DNA of 64,000 nucleotides from a virus (Duplodnaviria; Caudoviricetes): IMG/VR virus record IMGVR_UViG_3300025759_000062, positions 1 to 64,000 of that record; one strand, 5' to 3'. Shown piece by piece: positions 56,274 to 64,000 of this stretch (position 1 is its first letter; each line of letters starts with the position of its first letter). The notes under the pieces were generated by a model. It saw only the letters and a program-made list of their open reading frames with translations, ran no database searches and was not told where the DNA came from. The position numbers and the translations under genes were made by a program.

Positions 56274-58127
56274 ATGGCTACCAAGAATTTAAATAAAAAA
56301 GGTTTATATCAGGAAGGGGGAATGGTTCCTAAAGATTCTCTTAACCCTGCTATTGATGAACTTGCAAAAGTTGTAAGAGCAAGAGTAGAACAGGGAGAAC
56401 CTGCAGAACAAGTATTATATTCTTTTCTTCAAGAAGGGATTCCTCAAGAACAACTTGCATTAGCCTTTGAGACAATAGGTTATGATCCAAGTTCTTTTGG
56501 TAGTTTAATGCAGAGTGTTGAGACAATGGTAAATCAACAACAACAATCCGCTCAAGATCCACAGATGGCTCAACAGCAATTAATGGAAGAGCTTAATAAA
56601 GTTGAAGAAGATGTACCAGAAGCTCAATATGGTTTTGAAACCACATCATATGCTACCGGTAGACCAACTCCTTTATACTTACCACCTATTCCTAAAAGAG
56701 GAAATATATTAGGTGCTGGTCTTTTATTTGCAGATGCACTTCAACAATTTACCAGCAAAGAAGATAGAGATGGTGATGGATTGATGGATGGTACCTTTAG
56801 AGATATGGGTGCTAAAAGAGCTAGATATAAAGGAATGCAGAATCTTAATAAAACATTTGATGTTGATTATGGAGATTTAGATCCTTCTAACTATGTGGTT
56901 AACTTTAATGATTTTGCTGAAGGTAGAGTTAGAACTAAAGATCAATATGCAGAAGATGTACAAAAGTATTCTAAAATAGACTTTGATGCGGAGAAGAACA
57001 AATATACAGGAATGTTAGCTTCTAATAATTTAGAATCTAGAATGATTGGTAACAAACAATTCGGTGATGCTATTAGTCTACAAAAGTTTACAGAGAATGT
57101 TGGTGATTTATCTCAGGATGAAATTGACATGATGATTAATGCAAGAAGAAACTATGATAAAGGAACAGGACTTGGGTTAGATATGACTAGCTATACAGAA
57201 GATGGCAGAACTAAAGAAGAGATAGAAAAGCTTAGAAGTGGTTACAGGGACATTATGCTTGGTAATCAAAAAATGACATCTGCTCCATTTGTTTTTACAC
57301 CTACAACATCTTTTCCATTAGGAAAGAAACAATTAGGTGGTCAAGCATTTAGTGATTTATCTGACTTTTTATTTGAAGATCAATTAAAGGATCCTATGGG
57401 TTTTCAAAATATGATAATGGATCAAGCAACTACAGACTATGCTAGAGATACACAAATAGTGAGAGATGCTCAACTTAAAAAAGAAAATCCTGGATTAGGA
57501 CCCACACCTTTTGAGCAGCAAAATGAAAATTTACTATCAACAACATCTACATTTGATGAGAATGCATTGGACGGATTAGATTCTACATTAACTGAACCAA
57601 CTGTAAAAAGAAAAAGAGAACTTAAGAATGTACCTAAGCAAATTAAAACTTTTATAGAAAGTGATCCTACGGTGCAAGCGTTTGCTGATGTTTCAAACTT
57701 TGCAGTAATGGGTGCTAATCTTGCAAATGAATATTTTCAAGAAAAAGAGTTTAGAGATTATAAAAATAAATTAAGAAATACTACAGTAGCAGATAAAATA
57801 TATACAACTGTAGAAGATCCATCAAACAAAAGAGGAACATTTGATATAAATACAGGACTTGCTGAGCCAGATAATCTTGTTGATTACTATGCTCAAGCAA
57901 TGTATGGTAGAGAAATGTATAAAAAAGGTGGTGAGTTTGAACCACACATGATGTTTGATCCTAAAACTGGCAAAGGTTATGAAGCTAGAGTACCAGCTGA
58001 CCATGAAAGAATGGCTAAGATGGGATACTTACATAAGGATGAAATGAGTTATGGTGGTGAATTAGAAGTAGATAATGACACTCTTGCTGCATTAATAGCT
58101 GCTGGAGCAGATATAGAAATGTTATAA
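56274..58127 (+). CDS. Putative virion cargo (ejection) protein
   Basis: Follows the muzzle/polyvalent genes; repeated xQxGG motifs; Gln-rich. Confidence 0.6.
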   Translation: MATKNLNKKGLYQEGGMVPKDSLNPAIDELAKVVRARVEQGEPAEQVLYSFLQEGIPQEQLALAFETIGYDPSSFGSLMQSVETMVNQQQQSAQDPQMAQQQLMEELNKVEEDVPEAQYGFETTSYATGRPTPLYLPPIPKRGNILGAGLLFADALQQFTSKEDRDGDGLMDGTFRDMGAKRARYKGMQNLNKTFDVDYGDLDPSNYVVNFNDFAEGRVRTKDQYAEDVQKYSKIDFDAEKNKYTGMLASNNLESRMIGNKQFGDAISLQKFTENVGDLSQDEIDMMINARRNYDKGTGLGLDMTSYTEDGRTKEEIEKLRSGYRDIMLGNQKMTSAPFVFTPTTSFPLGKKQLGGQAFSDLSDFLFEDQLKDPMGFQNMIMDQATTDYARDTQIVRDAQLKKENPGLGPTPFEQQNENLLSTTSTFDENALDGLDSTLTEPTVKRKRELKNVPKQIKTFIESDPTVQAFADVSNFAVMGANLANEYFQEKEFRDYKNKLRNTTVADKIYTTVEDPSNKRGTFDINTGLAEPDNLVDYYAQAMYGREMYKKGGEFEPHMMFDPKTGKGYEARVPADHERMAKMGYLHKDEMSYGGELEVDNDTLAALIAAGADIEML

Positions 58128-58129
58128 TT

Positions 58130-60664
58130 ATGGCAAAGATTAGATTAAAAAAATTACCTGATGGCTTTGAAGTCAGAGATGGTAAAGTTGTAAAGAAGAT
58201 GCAGCAGGGTGGTATGATGACTGGTGATCAGTTTAACTATGGCCTTATTACATCTCCATATAATTTAGGCAATGATCAATTTAATAATAGCAGTGATAAA
58301 AGCGTAAGATACTCATTGTCATCTGTACCAAAAGAAGTTGCTAATATAGAAGCAGAGGGTGGAGAGACCGTCCTAACTGATTTAAATAATGATGGCCAAT
58401 TTGGTCTATATAATATTACTGGTCCAAGACATAGCCAAGGTGGTGTACCTATGTACTTACCAGAACAGTCATTTGTATTTTCTGATACAGGCAAGATGAA
58501 GTTTAACAGACAAGAACTTGCAGAGTTTGGTATTGAATCAAGAAAGAAAATGACTCCAGCACAAGTATCTAAGAAGTATCAACTAAATGAATTTATTGGT
58601 GCTATGCAAAATCAAGATGCTGATCTTATTAAAGTTAAGAGTGCAGAACTTATGTTAGATAAAAACCTTATGGGATTATCTAAACTTGCTTTTGGTCAAG
58701 AACAAAAGAAAAACTTTGCTGACGGTGTGCCTTTAGCTTCACACCCATACCTTGTATCAATGGGTATTAATCCTGTTGAATTTACACAGAAGGTAGAAAA
58801 CATTACAGCACAACAAGCTGCTCAAAGAATGTTTGAAACATTACCACCCAATCAACAAGCTCAGGTAATGGCTTTAAGACAGATGATGGAACAAGCTGGT
58901 CAAATGCCACAACAACCTATGGCTGCTTATGGTAAAGAATTACCAAAGGCGCAGTTTGGTTTAGGTTTGCTTAATCCTGAAGATGATTCAGATGGGGATG
59001 GTGTAATAAATAGATTTGACTCTGCACCATTAAATTCAAGAATAGGTGGTTTAAATGCACAACCATTACCAGCAGAAGATCCAAATATATATGAAAATAA
59101 TACAAATAAATCTTTTACTTCTTCAAATGTAACTCCTTCATCTACTTCTCCTTCAAGAGGACGTGGTGGTAGAACACTTGATGTTTCCGGTATTGAAGGT
59201 GGTAGATCTTTAGGTGATAATTATAAACAATATCAGGAACTAGAAAGATTGTTTACTTCTGGTGATGATATCTGGAATAAAACTATTGATAGAGCATATG
59301 AAGCTTTTGCAGCTAATGCCAAAGCTCAAGGTGTTACTAGTATTCCTAGTAGAGATGATATGCTTAATAAATTCTTAGCATATCAGAAAAACAACTATAT
59401 GATTGCAGATCTAATGCCAGATGATTTTAGATATGCAAAAGAACTGGATAGAGGTAGTGGAGATAGAAAGAATAAAAATACTCAAGCATTATTTGATAAA
59501 GCAAGAGAATTATATCCTGACATTTATGAAGGTTACACTATTGATGATAGTGATACAAAATTAAATCAGTTATTCTTCCAAGCTGTTACTATAGCAGATA
59601 AGGATAATGCTGAACCTTATTTATCATATACAGCTACCGGACCTGATCAAAAAACAAACTGGGCTGACAACAGAACTGTTTCTAAAGCAGAAGGATTTTA
59701 CGGTAATAACACACTGAATCAATTCTTACAGGTTAAAGAACCAATTAAACCTGAACCACCAGAAGAAACACCAGGTCCTAAACCACCACCTACACCTCCT
59801 CCATATACACCTGAAGATGGTAAATTTTGGATACAAGATATGTTAAAGATGGGTGCTCTTGCAATGAGAGACAGAGATATGTTTTTACCATATCAACCTG
59901 CTGTTGAGATTCCTCAATCAGGTTATGTGCTTGAAGAACCTACAAGACAACTTGCTGATGTTAATGAGCAGTTTAATATTGCAGCTCAAGCTTTAGGTTC
60001 ATTTACTGGTCCTCAGTCTTTGAGTGCTAGAATGGCTAAAGCACAAGGTGATAGCCTTAGAGCTAATGCAAATACCTTTGCTCAAGTACATGGTAGAAAT
60101 ATTGGTACAGTGAACAGAGGTAAACTGGTGGATGCACAGCTTAGATCAGGAGCTCAGAAAGAACAAAGAGATAGAAAGGTTAAGTTATATGATGATACTC
60201 AACTAACTCTTCAAAACTATATGGATGAGAAGAACTTAGATAGAGAGCAAATGGCTGATTTACAAGCCAATGCATATACTAACATGGCTAATACTTACAA
60301 CTTAAATACATTGTATCCATATTTTAACATTGATCCTACTACTGGTGGTATGATTGGTTTAAGTGGTGATTTACCAGCATTAGTTGCAAACAAACAGGCA
60401 GCTAATCAATTAAGTCAAATGGAGCAAATGGAACAAGCAGCTCTTGAAATGCAAGGTAGAGGTCTTGATGCTTCTAATATAAATAAAATATTAGATTTGC
60501 AATATGGATCTAAGGCAGGGCCTGTATCAACACAAGGTCTTGATCCTTATTCAGATGTACTAAGGATGATTAGAGAATCTGGTATGCCAACGGGATATGG
60601 TAAAAAAGGTAAAGAGATCAAGAAGTATATTGTTCCCTTCTATACGGGAAAGGTTGGTTCTTAA
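58130..60664 (+). CDS. Putative virion cargo (ejection) protein
   Basis: ANIEAEGGET...GPRHSQGGV...FVFSD domain; Pro-rich linker; helical C-terminus. Confidence 0.62.
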   Translation: MAKIRLKKLPDGFEVRDGKVVKKMQQGGMMTGDQFNYGLITSPYNLGNDQFNNSSDKSVRYSLSSVPKEVANIEAEGGETVLTDLNNDGQFGLYNITGPRHSQGGVPMYLPEQSFVFSDTGKMKFNRQELAEFGIESRKKMTPAQVSKKYQLNEFIGAMQNQDADLIKVKSAELMLDKNLMGLSKLAFGQEQKKNFADGVPLASHPYLVSMGINPVEFTQKVENITAQQAAQRMFETLPPNQQAQVMALRQMMEQAGQMPQQPMAAYGKELPKAQFGLGLLNPEDDSDGDGVINRFDSAPLNSRIGGLNAQPLPAEDPNIYENNTNKSFTSSNVTPSSTSPSRGRGGRTLDVSGIEGGRSLGDNYKQYQELERLFTSGDDIWNKTIDRAYEAFAANAKAQGVTSIPSRDDMLNKFLAYQKNNYMIADLMPDDFRYAKELDRGSGDRKNKNTQALFDKARELYPDIYEGYTIDDSDTKLNQLFFQAVTIADKDNAEPYLSYTATGPDQKTNWADNRTVSKAEGFYGNNTLNQFLQVKEPIKPEPPEETPGPKPPPTPPPYTPEDGKFWIQDMLKMGALAMRDRDMFLPYQPAVEIPQSGYVLEEPTRQLADVNEQFNIAAQALGSFTGPQSLSARMAKAQGDSLRANANTFAQVHGRNIGTVNRGKLVDAQLRSGAQKEQRDRKVKLYDDTQLTLQNYMDEKNLDREQMADLQANAYTNMANTYNLNTLYPYFNIDPTTGGMIGLSGDLPALVANKQAANQLSQMEQMEQAALEMQGRGLDASNINKILDLQYGSKAGPVSTQGLDPYSDVLRMIRESGMPTGYGKKGKEIKKYIVPFYTGKVGS

Positions 60665-60722
60665 ACTAAATAAGTGTATAGAAAAAGTTTTTAAAACTTA
60701 AAAAATTTTAGTAAATTAGATT

Positions 60723-63700
60723 ATGGCAACTTACGTACCAGGAAGTCAAATATACGCAAGGGAAACCCAACCTTTTACACCGGATTATAAATTCTTATCC
60801 AATGTATTAGATGTTAGGCAAGACCGTTATGATACAAATTATAAACAATTAAGTGATTTGTATGGTAGAGTTGTATATGCAGACTTATCAAGACAAGATA
60901 CCACTGAGATGAGAGATCAGTATGCAAACCAACTTGCTCCAAAAATTCAACAAATTTCTGGTATGGACCTTTCCTTGCGTCAAAATGTTGATGCTGCACA
61001 AGGTCTATTTAAACCATTCTATGAAGATGATCTTATTGTAAAAGATCTTGTTTACACAAAACAGTTTAAGAAGAATGTACAATTGGCACAGGTTTATAAA
61101 GACTCAGATAATTTAGATCAAAGAAAGAAATACTGGGGTACAGGTATGCAGTATTTAAATTATCAAATGGAAGACTTTAAAACTGCTGATAGAGATGGAG
61201 CTTTAAAACAAGCACTACCCACTTATGTAGAGAATGTAGATCTTATGGCCATGTCAACAAAGCTTCTTGAAGAAGCGGGTTTTGAGGATGTAAAGATTGA
61301 TATTCCTTCTGATGATGGGGCTTGGATTATTACTGAAAAGAATGGCCAGCAGCAAGTGCCTGGTGCATATAACTATTTACAGAAAACCCTTTTGGAAGAT
61401 CCAAGAGTGATTGATGCATATAGAGCTAGTGGTTACGTACAATCAAGAAGTTTTGCTGAAGCTGGTGTAGAATCAGGACAATATGCAAATATATCAGAAG
61501 GTCAGAATGCTTGGGCACGTCAAACACTACAAGACTTAGCACAAAGAAATGCTACAGCAAATGAAATTCTTAAACGTCAGTTTGAAGATGCTTTAGATAC
61601 AAAAGAAAACTGGGAGGCTTATGAGAAAGAAGAAGGTATAGTACCAGGCAGTGATGAAGCTAAAGCAATGATGGATGCACTAGAACACTATGATAAGTTA
61701 AATGGCGCATTACAAAGAAATGAAGAGGATATGCAAAGATTAGATAATACATCTTTGGATGATGATCTTTTATCAAAGGCATATAATCTTCTTATGAGTT
61801 ACAATATTAGTAGTGATATACTTGGTGCTGCTCAAGCATATAGTATGCGTGATTATGAAAGAACTCTAGAAGCTAACCCATATAAGAAGATGGAGATTGA
61901 GCACATATATGATATGGCAGAAATCAATCAACGTCATCTTAATAAAATGAAAGAGATTGAGCATAAAGCTAAGATAGATCCATCAACTAAAGAAGGTGCT
62001 ATTGCTAATTTAGTTGATATGATTTGGGGAGGAAATGCTCCATTAGATGCTCAGTCAACTCAGTTTGAGGAAGCAGAAGATCCAATAGCAAGAAATGCAG
62101 AAGATGCTGCAAACTTTGCAAATAAAACTCTGGAAGAGCAAGTTGCTTTTATCACAGAGATGGATAAATTATCTAAGACAGGTAAGAGTATCCAAGATGT
62201 TGATCTTAATAGAATGACTATAAAGCTTGCAGATGGTACAGACTATACTGGGAGTTATGATCAAATTAGATCAAAGTTATTAGAAAAAGATGAAAGTGGT
62301 ACTCTTGTTAATAGTCCTGCTATTTCAACATTATATAAAGATTCTAAACTAAAACTAGAAACATTACCAGAAACTAATCCTAAAGCAAGTGAGCTTCCAG
62401 CATATGTAGCTCTTACAGGTGCTCAAGAAAATATTAGAGCGCGTGAAAGCATGTCTCTTGATTATGAAGAAACTTATAGTCAAGTTCTTTTTGATAATAT
62501 GAAAAGAATAAGGACAACAGATAAGGGTAAAGAAATTAATAGTCAACTTAATAATGGTGTTCCTTCAATTATTACAGCAGATCCTAAAGCTGTTCTTTTA
62601 GGACAAGTTGATGCGGTTTCTGGAGCTGGTGGATCAGAATTTAAACCTAGATTATTAAGTAAAACAGAGTTTCAAGATATTTATGTAAGTAGAGTTAGAA
62701 ATAAAGCAATCAGAGGCATAGATGATGATGCTTACATGGTAAGAGAAAGAAGATATGATGCAAGTACAAGCATGCGTAAGGGTGCTGGTGGTGACTTTAC
62801 ACATAACTATACATATGTTACATATTTTGATGAAGATGCTGCAAGACGAGAGGCAGATAAACTATATGATGATCAATATGCTGCATTAGGTGGCTCTTTA
62901 AATGAAGCCGTTAATACATCTCTTGGTGGAGCAAGAGTAACACAACCTTTTTCTGCTGATGCATATTTTAGAGGTGTTCCTTTAGATCAAATGAATGCAT
63001 CTGAGTTGTATACTTATAGAGGTTATCAAGAAACATTTAATGTAGAAAATTTAAATAATCCTGATGCGGTTAGTATGTTGATGAACTTAGTTAAACAACA
63101 TAATGAAACAGCTAACAAAATTATTGTAGCTACAGGAGCTTCTACTGCTGAAGAAGTAGAAGCAGAAAATGATCCAACTGCAGCTTACATTTTTGAGAAA
63201 ACTTTGTTAGATACAAAAAGAGCAATGCTAACACCTGATAAAGCAAGTTCAAAAAATTTACTTTATGATATTACATATAATCCCGTTAAGACTGTTGATG
63301 GTGAATCATATGCTTCTTACACCTTAAAATTAACCAGAGATCAGATACAACAATTTGCAGATACTCCTGATAAACAAAATAAAATTACTAAAGAAATTAG
63401 CACAAGTGATATTGTTAAATATTCTGAAATAACAATGCTTGTACCTATGGATCAAGACATGAATCCAAGAGCAGCTGGTAATTATAATTTCTCTGCTATA
63501 GATTTTCAAATAAATATGAGTGATGAAAAGGTTTATAATTATAATCTTTTATCAAATAAAGCAGGTTCTTTTAAAATATTTAATGATGGTGGTTTATATT
63601 ACGTAGCTATGGAAATGATGAAAGTAAATCCTGAAACAGGTTTATTTGAAACCGCTGGTATACAGAGTCCTACTATAATTGTAAATGATGAAGGGCAGCC

Positions 63701-63821
63701 CGTCACTAAAGCAAATATTGATAGATATGCTGCACACTATAGAAGAACTATGGAGGAAATATATAAACAGAATATAGAGCAGCAGAAAGCTTGGAAGAAA
63801 AAAAACGGTATTAAAAAATGA
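60723..63821 (+). CDS. Putative virion cargo (ejection) protein
   Basis: 1032 aa, helical; QPFTPDY N-terminus; synteny with crAss cargo genes. Confidence 0.6.
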   Translation: MATYVPGSQIYARETQPFTPDYKFLSNVLDVRQDRYDTNYKQLSDLYGRVVYADLSRQDTTEMRDQYANQLAPKIQQISGMDLSLRQNVDAAQGLFKPFYEDDLIVKDLVYTKQFKKNVQLAQVYKDSDNLDQRKKYWGTGMQYLNYQMEDFKTADRDGALKQALPTYVENVDLMAMSTKLLEEAGFEDVKIDIPSDDGAWIITEKNGQQQVPGAYNYLQKTLLEDPRVIDAYRASGYVQSRSFAEAGVESGQYANISEGQNAWARQTLQDLAQRNATANEILKRQFEDALDTKENWEAYEKEEGIVPGSDEAKAMMDALEHYDKLNGALQRNEEDMQRLDNTSLDDDLLSKAYNLLMSYNISSDILGAAQAYSMRDYERTLEANPYKKMEIEHIYDMAEINQRHLNKMKEIEHKAKIDPSTKEGAIANLVDMIWGGNAPLDAQSTQFEEAEDPIARNAEDAANFANKTLEEQVAFITEMDKLSKTGKSIQDVDLNRMTIKLADGTDYTGSYDQIRSKLLEKDESGTLVNSPAISTLYKDSKLKLETLPETNPKASELPAYVALTGAQENIRARESMSLDYEETYSQVLFDNMKRIRTTDKGKEINSQLNNGVPSIITADPKAVLLGQVDAVSGAGGSEFKPRLLSKTEFQDIYVSRVRNKAIRGIDDDAYMVRERRYDASTSMRKGAGGDFTHNYTYVTYFDEDAARREADKLYDDQYAALGGSLNEAVNTSLGGARVTQPFSADAYFRGVPLDQMNASELYTYRGYQETFNVENLNNPDAVSMLMNLVKQHNETANKIIVATGASTAEEVEAENDPTAAYIFEKTLLDTKRAMLTPDKASSKNLLYDITYNPVKTVDGESYASYTLKLTRDQIQQFADTPDKQNKITKEISTSDIVKYSEITMLVPMDQDMNPRAAGNYNFSAIDFQINMSDEKVYNYNLLSNKAGSFKIFNDGGLYYVAMEMMKVNPETGLFETAGIQSPTIIVNDEGQPVTKANIDRYAAHYRRTMEEIYKQNIEQQKAWKKKNGIKK

Positions 63822-64000
63822 GCATTGACAAAAAAGTAGCCAACACTCCAGAGTCAAACATACAAACTGAACCATTTTACAATCCAAACGGTTTTGAGTT
63901 TACACCGGTAGAAGAAATGTTTGATAAAGACTTTGACGTAGAAAGCGTTCAAGGTATGGATGAGTACATGAAAGAATTGAATGCCATTGCACCTGTTGTC
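63818..64000 (+). CDS. Start of the next large gene (MSIDKKVANTPES...), truncated by the window edge
   Basis: ATGA overlap with the 63821 stop; frame open to the end of the window. Confidence 0.75.
   Translation, partial: MSIDKKVANTPESNIQTEPFYNPNGFEFTPVEEMFDKDFDVESVQGMDEYMKELNAIAPVV

Noticed and set aside
11414-63887. Minus-strand and nested alternate-frame ORFs in the late arm (e.g. 19449, 28224, 31385, 38250, 20959, 21604)
   Set aside because: Lie within long plus-strand genes and reflect codon bias (few antisense stops); no leaders or motifs
56274-64000. Virion RNA polymerase catalytic subunit
   Set aside because: No DxDxD catalytic motif in an RNAP context (DFDID-type) in the complete ORFs; DFDVE in the truncated last ORF is too near the N-terminus; the gene probably lies beyond the window

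Overview
The window is a large part of an AT-rich, lytic-type crAss-like (Crassvirales-type) phage genome. The host is most likely a Bacteroidota/Flavobacteriia, inferred from TAnnTTTG promoters, A-rich leaders without Shine-Dalgarno sites, and crAss-type gene order. Bases 1-8.9 kb are a minus-strand early/replication arm: small ORFs, an SF2 helicase, an HNH-like protein, an SSB-like protein, an HTH protein, three tRNAs and many structured intergenic elements. From 9.1 kb everything is on the plus strand: amidase endolysin, HU/IHF-like protein, PD-(D/E)XK nuclease, GroES, terminase, portal, scaffold, major capsid protein, ferritin-like protein, tail fibres, Cys-rich structural proteins, metallophosphoesterase, ring proteins, muzzle/tail-stabilisation protein and large cargo proteins that run off the right edge. 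Five features stand out. (1) A 1520-aa polyvalent cargo protein stringing together SET-like, ART-like, possible GNAT-like and lysozyme-like modules, separated by a recurring xQxGG motif that also recurs in the next two cargo proteins. (2) A short-ORF array at the left edge whose junctions share a ~25-nt motif encoding TFNTKE(K/R) plus the next ATG. (3) Two 3'-UTR hairpins whose U/G loops are complementary to the phage's own AAAACCAA leaders. (4) A ~290-nt multi-stem noncoding region. (5) A conserved late-promoter-like motif. All assignments come from reading motifs and synteny by eye; no database searches were run.
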